From contig JBBKWS010000014.1 of NCBI GenBank assembly GCA_037969075.1, forward strand, positions 1 to 55,191: a DNA stretch of 55,191 nt, in the 5' to 3' direction. Position numbers and translations under genes: made by a program. The stretch comes from Bdellovibrionales bacterium. GTDB lineage: Bacteria > Bdellovibrionota > Bdellovibrionia > Bdellovibrionales > UBA840. Position 1 is the stretch's first letter, and every line of letters starts with the position of its first letter. Shown in pieces: positions 16,666-26,282 of the stretch. The notes under the pieces were generated by a model. The model saw nothing but the letters and a program-made list of their open reading frames with translations, had not been told where the DNA came from and ran no database searches.

Positions 16666-18458
16666 GCGGTAGGTGCATTCCAAAGCTGTGAATATACTTT
16701 CTTTAGCTGCAACAAGTCTTGGTGAGTTCCTGTTTCTACAATCTTTCCACCAGACAACACATATATCTGATCTGCATGAGTAATGGTCGATAACCTATGC
16801 GCAATCACTATGGTGGTACGACCACGGGTTGCCTCTAAAAGAGAGGCTTGAATTACTTTTTCGGTTTCATTATCCACAGCTGAGGTTGCTTCATCTAAAA
16901 TCAACACAGGAGGGTTTTTAAGAATCACTCTCGCAATTGATAATCTCTGCCGCTGCCCACCGGATAACTTTTGTCCTCTCTCACCAATTAAAGTATCAAG
17001 GCCTTCAGGCAACTGATCAATGAATTCCATTGCATGCGCTTTTTTTGCAGCAATAACTACCTCGTCTCTTGTAGCATTTGGATTGCCATATACTATGTTT
17101 TCAAAGATCGTTCCCTGAAATAAAAATACATCCTGACTAACCAAACCAATTTGCGAACGCAGGTACTGCGGGTCCAAATCATCTACGTTTTCACCACCAA
17201 AAACAACCTGACCCTGATTGGCCTTGTAAAATCTAAGAAGTAATTTAGTGACCGTACTCTTTCCAGATCCTGTGGGCCCCACAATGGCGACCGTCTTTCC
17301 AACAGGAACATTAATGCTCACATCCTTTAATATGGGGACTTGGTTTGCATAATAAAAACTTACATTCTTTAACTCTATGCCCTTTTTGATATCCACAGGA
17401 ATATTCTTCTTACCCTTTTCTAGCTCTATAGGAATATTAAATAAATCTAGAACTCTATCCGCAGAGGCCATAGCTCTTTCAAAAAGATCTACAGTGTCCG
17501 CCAAACCCGTTAGTGGCCACAAGAGTCTTTGTGTTAAAAACACAAGGACACCGTAAAAACCTACATTCAACTCCCCGCTCATAGCCATCTTACCACCCAT
17601 ATAAAAGGTAGCCAAAAAGCCAGATAGCACCGCCATCCGAATCAATGGATTGAAAGCAGATGAAATGGCTATAGCGGATCTATTAGATTTTAAATAATTA
17701 ATACTATCAGTAGAAACTTTTTTTAATTCAGAGTCTTCAGCTGTAAAACTACGAATAGTAGTCATCCCACTTATGTTATTTGAAAGCCTGGCGCCAATGA
17801 CCGCAGCCTTTTCTCTGACATCTAAATACAAGTGCGTGGCTTTTTTTTGAAAGAAGAAAGCTCCCATAATAATAACTGGTATTGGTAAAAAAGCAAAAAC
17901 AGCAATGGTAGGAGCAAGCACGAAAAACACCGTACCAATTAATAGTACTGCGGTAAAAACATGTACCATACTATTCATACCTACATTTAAAAATCTCTCT
18001 AACTGATTTATGTCATCATTTAATATCGACACAAGACCGCCTGTGCTCTTATCTTCAAAATATGACATGTTTAACTTTTGCACTTGATCGTAAGCAGACA
18101 CTCTAAATTCGTGCTGAATGGATTGCGCTAAGCCTCTCCACTTTATTAAGAGTAGATATTCAAACAAAGATTCAAATCCCCAAATCAAAAGCGTCAATAC
18201 AGATAGAACCCCTAATTGAGTCATTGGATCAGTAACACCCCAACCTGCTAAAAAAGATTTGTCCCTATTCGCTACAACATCAATCGCAATACCAATTAAA
18301 ATTTCTGGTGCAATATCAAAGGCTTTGTTTAAGAACGAAAACAGGCCCCCTAAGTAATAATCTTTTTGATATTTTTTAGAGTATGAGAATAATCTTTTAA
18401 AGGATTTAAATGACGATTTTGTTTGATTCATAGAAATGGTATACTTATAAAAAACCAT
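16662..18458 (-). CDS. ABC exporter, fused permease/ATPase (MsbA/ABCB type)
   Basis: Six-TM N-terminal half. Walker A GPTGSGKST, signature LSGGQRQR, Walker B LILDEATSAVD, H-loop IAHRL. Confidence 0.9.
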   Translation of the reverse strand: MVFYKYTISMNQTKSSFKSFKRLFSYSKKYQKDYYLGGLFSFLNKAFDIAPEILIGIAIDVVANRDKSFLAGWGVTDPMTQLGVLSVLTLLIWGFESLFEYLLLIKWRGLAQSIQHEFRVSAYDQVQKLNMSYFEDKSTGGLVSILNDDINQLERFLNVGMNSMVHVFTAVLLIGTVFFVLAPTIAVFAFLPIPVIIMGAFFFQKKATHLYLDVREKAAVIGARLSNNISGMTTIRSFTAEDSELKKVSTDSINYLKSNRSAIAISSAFNPLIRMAVLSGFLATFYMGGKMAMSGELNVGFYGVLVFLTQRLLWPLTGLADTVDLFERAMASADRVLDLFNIPIELEKGKKNIPVDIKKGIELKNVSFYYANQVPILKDVSINVPVGKTVAIVGPTGSGKSTVTKLLLRFYKANQGQVVFGGENVDDLDPQYLRSQIGLVSQDVFLFQGTIFENIVYGNPNATRDEVVIAAKKAHAMEFIDQLPEGLDTLIGERGQKLSGGQRQRLSIARVILKNPPVLILDEATSAVDNETEKVIQASLLEATRGRTTIVIAHRLSTITHADQIYVLSGGKIVETGTHQDLLQLKKVYSQLWNAPTA

Positions 18459-18527
18459 TCCGTCTTTACCTAATGAGAGTATTTTTTTACAATACCCAAG
18501 TGATAGCTTATTTATCGGGCAAACTAA

Positions 18528-19163
18528 CTAGCAGATAAGCGACAATCTCTGACTAACTTCTTTTAAAACTGAATCGTAATTATCTTTTTCAGACACCACT
18601 AAAGTGGCAAACTGTTTTGACGGATCGACAAATTCATCATGCATCGGTTTTACCTGCTTTATGAATTGGTTCTTTACGCCCTCTGGCTCACGCCCTCTTT
18701 CTTCAACATCTCTTTTTAGGCGTCTTTCAAATCGTAAATGCTCTTCAGTATCAAAATACACTAATTCGTCAAATTGCTCTCTTACCTCAGGCCAATGAAA
18801 AATTAGAATTCCATCCACAATAACTATTGGGGTTGGATGAATAGTAGTTGTTACGTCTGTACGAGTATGGGTTTTAAAATCGTAGGTTGGTATATCTACC
18901 GATCTCCCCTGTTTAAGTTCAAACAAGAGACCAGCAAGCAGTAGATGATCTATACTTGATGGATGATCAAAATTAACCGATCCCCCATCAAAATCAAACT
19001 GTTTAGATTGATCAATATAAAAATTATCCTGAAGAATAATACTGCATTTATCTTTTAACTTTTTTTGTAAATCGTTTGCAAAGTAGGTTTTTCCAGACCC
19101 ACTGCCCCCAGCAATACCGATAATATATGGTTTAACGGGTTTGATAGAGTCTGTCACCCGCAT
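18528..19163 (-). CDS. udk: uridine kinase
   Basis: P-loop IIGIAGGSGSGKT, then DNFYIDQS...NFDHPSSID...PTYDF..H.R, characteristic of Udk. 211 aa. Overlaps the upp stop by 32 nt. Confidence 0.85.
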   Translation of the reverse strand: MRVTDSIKPVKPYIIGIAGGSGSGKTYFANDLQKKLKDKCSIILQDNFYIDQSKQFDFDGGSVNFDHPSSIDHLLLAGLLFELKQGRSVDIPTYDFKTHTRTDVTTTIHPTPIVIVDGILIFHWPEVREQFDELVYFDTEEHLRFERRLKRDVEERGREPEGVKNQFIKQVKPMHDEFVDPSKQFATLVVSEKDNYDSVLKEVSQRLSLIC

Positions 19164-19764
19164 CTCCTAGGCCTGGCACTAAATACCCCGCCTCGTTTAC
19201 TTCTTTCTCGATACTTACAGTATATATCTCAACATCAGGATGAAAAAAATGGATACGCTTTTGCGCAAACTCACTTAATAGTATGCACACTACTTTTATT
19301 TGCTTTACCTCGTAACTCTTAAGGCGATCAATGGCTGCTATTGCCGTATCAGCGGTAGAGACCAAAGGATCACAAAGTATAGCCATCTTACCTTTTATGT
19401 CAGCAGGCATTTTAAAATAATATTCAACTGTATTATGTACAAATTTATCTCTATAAATTCCAATAAACCCTGTGGCAGCGATTGGCAAGATATCAAGGAT
19501 GGCATCTAGCATTCCGTTTCCTGCTCGCATAATAGAAACTATCACGGGAGGATTTTGAATCCTCTCTACAGTAGTACTGGCAATTGGTGTATCTATCGGA
19601 ACTGTCATCATATCTTTCCAGTCACGCAGCACTTCATAAGCCAAAAGCCCACTCATTTCACGAACCAAACCTCTGAATTCAACAGACTTTGTATTCTTAT
19701 CCCGCAAATACCCAAGCTTGTGCTTCAATAGCGGATGATCAATTACTTTAACTTTGCCTTCCAT
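19132..19764 (-). CDS. upp: uracil phosphoribosyltransferase
   Basis: VIDHPLLKHKLGYLRDKNT N-terminus, ILRAGNGM-like MRAGNGML, and DPLVSTADTAIAAI PRPP loop. Start is chosen at MEGKVKV (SD AAGAGGtttttATG) rather than the upstream ATG at 19803. Confidence 0.85.
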   Translation of the reverse strand: MEGKVKVIDHPLLKHKLGYLRDKNTKSVEFRGLVREMSGLLAYEVLRDWKDMMTVPIDTPIASTTVERIQNPPVIVSIMRAGNGMLDAILDILPIAATGFIGIYRDKFVHNTVEYYFKMPADIKGKMAILCDPLVSTADTAIAAIDRLKSYEVKQIKVVCILLSEFAQKRIHFFHPDVEIYTVSIEKEVNEAGYLVPGLGDAGDRLYQTR

Positions 19765-19777
19765 AAAAACCTCTTTA

Positions 19778-20995
19778 TTAAAAAACTGTACCATCACTAT
19801 CAATTAAAATTGGGGGACCACCATCTTGTCTTTTATCTTTTGCCAAAAATCTTCCTGCCCACCAAGTTCCGCCTTCTAATACTTTTGCTAAAGGAAAATC
19901 TTCTGGATTTTTATTTAAAGCCTTTTGCACTTCAGTACCAATTTTATCTAGCAGGTAAACTGTAAGCGATCGCCACTCTATAATTAAATTCGATGATGGA
20001 GTCCAAGACTCTAGCTGCTCTTTTGGATCTTTAAAGCTCAAAAGGCCAGAATCAATAAACAGACCACCATTTCTGTATTCAGCCAGACCTGTTAAGCCCT
20101 CTACGCCTACGACCTTTACTCCAGCTTCTTCGATTGGTTCAATCAATGAGTATGTCATCCACTGAGATAATTTATGTAGAGGAACTAAAGACGACATTCC
20201 CGTTCCAAGTGGCAAATACTCCCAAACATCTCCTAAATTAATTCCGTTCGACTTTATACGGCCAGGCCAAATGGGACCCAATCCATCCAACACCGCTCTA
20301 AGAATAGCAGTCGCAGGGATCTTATCTCCATGAGTCTCAATTAAATAATCAATGATATTTCCGGGTCTTCCATCTTTAAAAATAATTTTATTACTAACAG
20401 CATCACCTAAGTTATTTAACAACTTAACACGTCCATCAACACCGATTAGAGGATTTGTAGGACTCACCTGAAAACACGCCTCAATGTCCTTAGCCGTGAT
20501 ACTTTTTAAACCTTGACCGTCAGCAAGTATTTCTTTGCCACTTCCACTCATTTTTTTTGATAAGAACAAATAGTAACTAGCAACTCCCAAGCCTTCAGAC
20601 CGAGAAAATACTTTACCCGTAGATTCTTCCGCATACCTCCAATCAGGCCCGGCTCCTGCATCAAGCAGTACTGATGTAATTACTAGATCCAACTTTGCTC
20701 TAGCTTTTTCTAATTTATCAGCACTAAGCAATTGATTTAAATCCTTTACTCTATCAACTCCCCCGACTTTAAAATGTCCCCAGCGTGAGTGAAAAGGAAT
20801 ATTAAGGTCAGGATAATTCTTATGAATTACTGTAAGCACATAATCTAAGGTCGATTGAAACTTATCTGCATGATAGGTGAAGTGGGTCTGGCCCTTAGTG
20901 GTCAAATCAAAAATTTTCTTTGCCCTATCTCTGATGGCTTCGGGCGATAGAATAAAATCTAAATCTTTCTGGCTTAAATCTATATTATTCTTCAA
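19778..20995 (-). CDS. URC4/DUF1688-family protein
   Basis: About 405 aa with IPFHSRWGHFKVGGVDR, which I recognise as the DUF1688 (yeast URC4/urg3) signature. TTG start with SD AAAGGGG. Overlaps the upstream gene by 11 nt. Confidence 0.6.
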   Translation of the reverse strand: MKNNIDLSQKDLDFILSPEAIRDRAKKIFDLTTKGQTHFTYHADKFQSTLDYVLTVIHKNYPDLNIPFHSRWGHFKVGGVDRVKDLNQLLSADKLEKARAKLDLVITSVLLDAGAGPDWRYAEESTGKVFSRSEGLGVASYYLFLSKKMSGSGKEILADGQGLKSITAKDIEACFQVSPTNPLIGVDGRVKLLNNLGDAVSNKIIFKDGRPGNIIDYLIETHGDKIPATAILRAVLDGLGPIWPGRIKSNGINLGDVWEYLPLGTGMSSLVPLHKLSQWMTYSLIEPIEEAGVKVVGVEGLTGLAEYRNGGLFIDSGLLSFKDPKEQLESWTPSSNLIIEWRSLTVYLLDKIGTEVQKALNKNPEDFPLAKVLEGGTWWAGRFLAKDKRQDGGPPILIDSDGTVF

Positions 20996-22241
20996 TGGAG
21001 CGCCCCTTTACTTTCTTTAAATCATCTAATGATTTCGTGGCCTCTTTTGAAAAATAGCCAGCCGCTTTTTTAGCTTCCATCTCTACTTGAGCATCTTGTG
21101 GAATCAATTCATCAGGAATTGAAATGCGGTTAACAACTTCTATTCCACTTCCTACAATGGCATCGTATTTCATGTTACTCATTGAATGAAGATTGTGAAT
21201 TTTTTTAATTCCAAAAAAATGCAATGGATCAGGCATCAATTCTTGAAATCTGGCATCCTCTACACCTGCAACACACTCGGTTCTGTGAAAATATGTTGCT
21301 GCCGTATCTCCACCCTCTTGTCGCTTTCTAGCGTTATAAACTAAAAACTTTGTAACCTCTCCCAATGCACGCCCTTCCTTACGGTAGTATATAATAATTC
21401 CAACCCCGCCTCTTTGAGCAGTTCTAGCTGCGTCTTCAATCCCGTACATCAAATAAGGTCTACACGTACAAATATCTGAGCCAAACACATCTGAACCATT
21501 ACATTCATCGTGTACTCTGCAAGTAAGTTCAATATCAGGATTAGCTAAATCTTGTACATCACCGAATATATAAGCGGTTGTACTTCCGATGGGAGGCAGG
21601 CAAACTTTTAAATCAGGCCTGGTAATCAACTCCGGAAACATTCCACCTGTTTCTTCAAACAATATTCTTCTTAAATTTCCTTCATCCGTTTTTAATCTTT
21701 CTGCAATACCGGGTAAATACCATACTGGATCAAGAGCAACCTTAGTAACTTTAATGTCTCCGGTACTTTTAATAATTTTTCCGTCAGGCTTTAGTCGCCC
21801 TTTTTGTATGGCCTCCATAATTTCAGGAATCTGTAAGTGTGCTTGAGTTACAGCTATACTTGGCCTAATATCATACCCTTTTTGAAATAATGGTTTGAAG
21901 TTTTGCTCTGGATCTAATCCCCATGGGTCAATAGCTACCATCTTTGTTGGATCAAACCATTGCGGATGAGGTCCAATTTTTACTGGGCTTTGTGTATTCT
22001 CTAAATCTGGCTTATGCTCCTTAGAAAACTTACCGCTTGCAATGGATAGCGCACGGTAAACAGTATAACTCCCTCCGTGGGTTCCTATGGCATTTCTTGC
22101 TTTAGAGTTAGCAATAGAGGCCACAACAGGACCTCTTTTTATTGGGTCTTTTGCTCCCCACTCGATAGGTAACATTTCTTTATAACGTAAATTTGAGTGC
22201 GACGCTAAAATAATATGGTTTGATCTTTTATTAAATTCCAT
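20985..22241 (-). CDS. URC1-like GTP cyclohydrolase II family protein
   Basis: CRVHDECNGSDVFGSDICTCRPYL corresponds to the RibA zinc-binding C-x10-C-x-C block. The ~418-aa length with a long N-terminal extension is typical of URC1-type rather than RibA proteins. Confidence 0.7.
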   Translation of the reverse strand: MEFNKRSNHIILASHSNLRYKEMLPIEWGAKDPIKRGPVVASIANSKARNAIGTHGGSYTVYRALSIASGKFSKEHKPDLENTQSPVKIGPHPQWFDPTKMVAIDPWGLDPEQNFKPLFQKGYDIRPSIAVTQAHLQIPEIMEAIQKGRLKPDGKIIKSTGDIKVTKVALDPVWYLPGIAERLKTDEGNLRRILFEETGGMFPELITRPDLKVCLPPIGSTTAYIFGDVQDLANPDIELTCRVHDECNGSDVFGSDICTCRPYLMYGIEDAARTAQRGGVGIIIYYRKEGRALGEVTKFLVYNARKRQEGGDTAATYFHRTECVAGVEDARFQELMPDPLHFFGIKKIHNLHSMSNMKYDAIVGSGIEVVNRISIPDELIPQDAQVEMEAKKAAGYFSKEATKSLDDLKKVKGRSIEE

Positions 22242-22257
22242 TTTTATCCTCTTCCAG

Positions 22258-23739
22258 TTACGACATCCAATTAGAATCGCTTTGTGGCTCCCACTTAACT
22301 GTTACTTTTTTCATATTTGTCCAAAAATCTAAACTGTGCTTACCCGTAATATCTCCGTGCCCAAACTTAGAATCATTTACTCCACCAAACGAAAACGGCT
22401 CTCTTGGCACTGGCACACCAACATTAACCCCGACCATTCCGGTCGTGGCCTCATGTGCTACACGCTCTGCCAAGGCTCCGTTAGATGTAAACACACTACA
22501 CGCGTTACCATACTCACTAGTGTTTTCTATATGAATTGCTTCAGACAAATCCTTACACTGAATGATACTTAAGATAGGACCAAAAAGCTCATGGGTTGCA
22601 GCTTCGCTCCCAGGCTTTACATGCTCGATCACTGTAGGTCCTAACCAATTACCGCCAGAAAAATCATTAGGTGCCTTTGCCTTTCGACCATCTAATAAGA
22701 TTTTTGCCCCAGCCTTTTCGGCACGATCAATGGCAGCTTTCAAAAACTCCACTTGGTCTTTAGATATGATTGCACCCATATTTTTACCGAACTCTAATGA
22801 TGAAGCTCTTTCAATAATTTTTTTAATATGAGTATCTACATTGCCTACGGCTAAAAGCACAGATGCCGCCATACATCTTTGGCCCGCACAACCTGTGAAT
22901 GAATCCGAGATTCCTACTCCACTTAATTCTGGGTTAGCATCAGGAAGTAGTATGATGTGATTTTTTGCTCCACCTAATGCCAATACTCTTTTACCAAGAT
23001 TCGTGCCCCGTTGGTATACAAGTTTTGCAACTTTAGTGGAGCCCACAAAGCCAATCGCTTTTACTAGTGAGTGATCGATGATTGCTTCAACCGTTGAAGC
23101 ACCACCTTGAAGCACTGTAAGTACTCCGTCTGGCAGACCTGCTTCTTGAAATGCGTTGGCAATCTTAAGAGATGTTAATGGTGTTTTTTCAGACGGCTTC
23201 CACACATAGCTGTTACCTAAAGCGATGGCTATAGGTATGGTCCACATAGGCACCATGGCAGGAAAATTAAACGGCGTTATATTTGCGACCACTCCCAGTG
23301 GCTCTCTTCGATATTCGCAGCTAACACCACGAGAAACCTCTACTTTGCCATTTAAATCAAGATTTTGAATGGATATTGCATATTCTAAAACCTCAATTCC
23401 TTTTAATAGTCCAGCTTTGGCTTCATCAAACGTCTTTCCGCACTCGCTACTTTTTAAATGAGTAATTTCATCAATATCTCTTAGAAGAATATTTCGAAAA
23501 TTAAATAATACCTTACTTCTTTCTTTAATGGATACTTTGGCCCAAGAGAGTTGCGCGAGCCTGGCTTCTCTGATCGCAAGGTCGATTTGCTCTTTAGATG
23601 GTATACTATACTGACCAATTCGACCCTGTGAGTAAGGTGAAACTACGTCGGCTGTACCCTGCGTACCCGGCACCCATTTACCTGCTATAAAGTTATGACA
23701 ACGAATCAAATCTGTTGGTAATTTTGTATGCATTTTCAC
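22258..23739 (-). CDS. mmsA: CoA-acylating (methyl)malonate-semialdehyde dehydrogenase
   Basis: ITPFNFPAMVPMW, LGGAKNH and AGQRCMA are hallmark MMSDH variants of the ALDH motifs. 493 aa. Confidence 0.85.
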   Translation of the reverse strand: MKMHTKLPTDLIRCHNFIAGKWVPGTQGTADVVSPYSQGRIGQYSIPSKEQIDLAIREARLAQLSWAKVSIKERSKVLFNFRNILLRDIDEITHLKSSECGKTFDEAKAGLLKGIEVLEYAISIQNLDLNGKVEVSRGVSCEYRREPLGVVANITPFNFPAMVPMWTIPIAIALGNSYVWKPSEKTPLTSLKIANAFQEAGLPDGVLTVLQGGASTVEAIIDHSLVKAIGFVGSTKVAKLVYQRGTNLGKRVLALGGAKNHIILLPDANPELSGVGISDSFTGCAGQRCMAASVLLAVGNVDTHIKKIIERASSLEFGKNMGAIISKDQVEFLKAAIDRAEKAGAKILLDGRKAKAPNDFSGGNWLGPTVIEHVKPGSEAATHELFGPILSIIQCKDLSEAIHIENTSEYGNACSVFTSNGALAERVAHEATTGMVGVNVGVPVPREPFSFGGVNDSKFGHGDITGKHSLDFWTNMKKVTVKWEPQSDSNWMS

Positions 23740-23818
23740 TCCGTAAGTAGACTAAAAAGCATAAACATCTATAGGTAAAATTGCTAATAAAAAGACGCGT
23801 GTCGCAGTAAGCAACCCA

Positions 23819-23846
23819 TAAAATGACTATTTATTGGCCCCGATTT
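23819..23846 (+). promoter_or_regulatory. weak sigma-28-like promoter candidate
   Basis: TAAA(A)-N15/16-CCCGATTT, about 50 nt upstream of the ATG at 23897. Confidence 0.25.
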
Positions 23847-23896
23847 CGCAATATTACTCAAGTAACTATCAGAATGAAAGGAACCTCTCTAGAGCC

Positions 23897-24493
23897 ATGC
23901 AAAGAGTCTATTTGGTTTACATATTTATAGTTTTTACCCTAGCTAGCTCTTTAGGTAGCGCAAACCAGTGTATTCCAACAGAGAGTCTGTTTGATAATAG
24001 GTTCTCCGATCTTGAGTCTCGAATTATTGAAGCTGCTGACGATCCCATAGTATATAAGCCTCAAGTCTGTTACAAAAATGTTAGGGAGCTATACTTTGAG
24101 TATCTTCAGCCTCAGTATCTTGCCAAAGACTTTAAAGTGCTGTTTATTTTTAAAAGAAGTTTTTCAAAGGACTTTCCAAAACTTATAAATCCTACTCAAC
24201 ACGGATTTATGGCTAAAAGACAAAGATTACCTGCCGTGTGGAATTATCATGTTGTATTAGAATATAAAGGACAAATCATTGATCTAGATTACCCAGATGC
24301 TAAATTAATAAGTAAGCAAGAGTTTAAAGACAACTTCTATGCGAGAGACTTGGATGATTTAGTTTTAGTTACAACTTCTGCAAGTGATTACTTTCAATCT
24401 GTACACCTACAAATAAACCCGGTGCTTGCCCTGCAAAACTTCAAAAAAAATGGAAAAAAATATTCTTTAAGTGGTTACCTGGATAAAAAATAA
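23897..24493 (+). CDS. secreted hypothetical protein with papain-like Cys...His...Asp signature
   Basis: Start at MQRVYLVYIFIVFTLASSLGSA|NQ (signal peptide); the TTG at 23834 is less likely. Carries QVCYKNVREL ... VWNYHVVLEYKGQIIDLDY. Confidence 0.6.
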   Translation: MQRVYLVYIFIVFTLASSLGSANQCIPTESLFDNRFSDLESRIIEAADDPIVYKPQVCYKNVRELYFEYLQPQYLAKDFKVLFIFKRSFSKDFPKLINPTQHGFMAKRQRLPAVWNYHVVLEYKGQIIDLDYPDAKLISKQEFKDNFYARDLDDLVLVTTSASDYFQSVHLQINPVLALQNFKKNGKKYSLSGYLDKK

Positions 24494-24494
24494 C

Positions 24495-24719
24495 CTAATC
24501 TTTTGCTTCCCCATGTATCTCGATAATTTGTTTAATTACATGATCTAAAACAGCTACTTTAATCTTTGGATACTTTCTTTTAAGTAAGATAGCCCGCATT
24601 TCAGCCTCTTCAATGCTAAAGTAATCCCCACAATTTGAAATATACTCTGGATGATCATGCGATTTTTTACTCTCAGGGGATAAGTCCGTATTACTTAATA
24701 CAGTATATGGTTTCTTCAT
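24495..24719 (-). CDS. small hypothetical protein (74 aa)
   Basis: ORF MKKPYTVLSN.... The longer 107-aa form would run into the terminator hairpin at 24817-24855, so the internal ATG is preferred. Confidence 0.4.
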   Translation of the reverse strand: MKKPYTVLSNTDLSPESKKSHDHPEYISNCGDYFSIEEAEMRAILLKRKYPKIKVAVLDHVIKQIIEIHGEAKD

Positions 24720-24816
24720 TATGACTCTCACTTGCTGAAATATTTTTTTGCCCACCCCATGCAGACAAGCTTTATACAGCAAGGCTCGGGCCAAAAAAAT
24801 GGAGTCATTTCGGAAC

Positions 24817-24855
24817 AAAAAAGCCGATTAGTGCTTGTTAAAAAAGCTAATCGGC
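24817..24855 (-). terminator. Rho-independent terminator after the M14 carboxypeptidase gene
   Basis: On the minus strand: GCCGATTAGCttttttaacaaGCacTAATCGGC followed by TTTTTT. 9-bp perfect stem (24823-24831 / 24847-24855) plus extra pairs. Confidence 0.7.
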
Positions 24856-24893
24856 CATTTAAAGTATTTCACTGGTATCAAATATTCCCTAGA

Positions 24894-26225
24894 CTAGGGA
24901 GCTTGGACTTTTACAAAAGTTCCATCAAAAGCAGTTGGATCTATATTTAATTTTAGAATTCGTCCATTCAATTTAATTTCCACTTCTTGTATTTGATCAG
25001 TCGTTAACCTGTGAATAAAGTTACTTCCTTTGTTCTTTAACCAACGATTAGAATCTGATGTTCTTACCTCAAAATTATCCGCTCTTGCACCGGCCTGATC
25101 AACCACCTCTAAGTGTATCCCAAACATACCCTTTTCTAACACACGAATAACTGCTTCTTCATTTTCAGAGTAAATCGTTGGCAGGTCTCCTGAGTTAGGC
25201 CATTTTTTATGACTCAATTCAACAGTAGCATGAATCGAATCCGCGAATACAATAGACCAATCCTGAAGGCCACCTGTAACTTTGTACCACTCATAGCCAT
25301 ACGTTACGCCATGATTAAATTCATTATTTTGATACATCGTTTGATTTAAACTAGCGTATTCAATCGCTACTTCATGTATGAATTCATCATCCGCAAACGT
25401 AATTGGCCGATTTGATTTATGATCCCATGGCATATTAAAACAAACCGTACCTCCATGAAAATTTAAACCTAAATTTGGATGGTACTTATTGTGAAGCGCT
25501 ACAACCGCTAGTGTTTCTACTTGTGGGTTACGTGATGCTCCAGTAATTGGATCATTAAAGTTTCTATTTAAATCAACATTATTTGCATTACCACGAACAC
25601 CTCTTTCAAAACCATCTGGGTTCATCGAAGGCATAATTAAAACTCTTGCATGATTTAAAATCTGGGATACACGCTGATCTCCAGCTCTGTACGAAGCAAC
25701 CAGCTTTTCAATCATAGATAGCATCAGCTCTCTTCCGGCAGTTTCATCCCCATGCATATTGGCAATCAGTGATGTCATTGGCTTACTGGCATCCTCAGGG
25801 CTGTTTGATAAAATTACATACCAAAGCTCACGTCCCTGCACACTACGTCCCGCTGATTGCAGCGACACTACAGATGGGTTTTCACGAGCTAAAGTTTGTA
25901 ATGCAAGTGTTAGCGCCTGATAATTATGATACTCGTCTAGCCCCTTCTCTTCAGCGCTGACAGCCAAAGTTTCAACATCATAAAGACCTTTTGCCCAAGT
26001 GATTGAATCTAAAATTTGCAAATTATTTTTTATATCGATTGGTAGAGTGTCATAATCTGATTGCGACAAATACCCTACTGCATAGAAATCATGTTTAAAG
26101 TGATCGTTAATAAAGTTTTTTACCTGATGGCCAACAAATGATTTTGGCATTCTAACTAAAACTTCTGTATTTTCAGCGTTTGCAATTAGAGACAAACTAA
26201 ATATAATTGAGAAAATTAGTTTCAC
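24894..26225 (-). CDS. secreted M14-family zinc carboxypeptidase (N/E-like subfamily) with C-terminal beta-sandwich domain
   Basis: Signal peptide. Zinc ligand motif NMHGDETAGRE (HxxE), VDLNRNF, LNFHGGTV. 443 aa. Confidence 0.85.
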   Translation of the reverse strand: MKLIFSIIFSLSLIANAENTEVLVRMPKSFVGHQVKNFINDHFKHDFYAVGYLSQSDYDTLPIDIKNNLQILDSITWAKGLYDVETLAVSAEEKGLDEYHNYQALTLALQTLARENPSVVSLQSAGRSVQGRELWYVILSNSPEDASKPMTSLIANMHGDETAGRELMLSMIEKLVASYRAGDQRVSQILNHARVLIMPSMNPDGFERGVRGNANNVDLNRNFNDPITGASRNPQVETLAVVALHNKYHPNLGLNFHGGTVCFNMPWDHKSNRPITFADDEFIHEVAIEYASLNQTMYQNNEFNHGVTYGYEWYKVTGGLQDWSIVFADSIHATVELSHKKWPNSGDLPTIYSENEEAVIRVLEKGMFGIHLEVVDQAGARADNFEVRTSDSNRWLKNKGSNFIHRLTTDQIQEVEIKLNGRILKLNIDPTAFDGTFVKVQAP

Positions 26226-26282
26226 TTGTATCCCCCCTTGGACATTATTAGGCTATGTTAGAGAGGGTTTAATGACAAATAT

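Noticed and set aside
19765-19803. N-terminal extension of upp (MIVMVQFFNKEVF)
   Set aside because: The internal ATG has a proper SD and gives the canonical Upp N-terminus. The extension would overlap the end of the URC4-like gene.
24720-24818. Longer 107-aa form of the small ORF 24495-24818
   Set aside because: The extension runs into the terminator hairpin of the carboxypeptidase gene. The internal ATG is more plausible.
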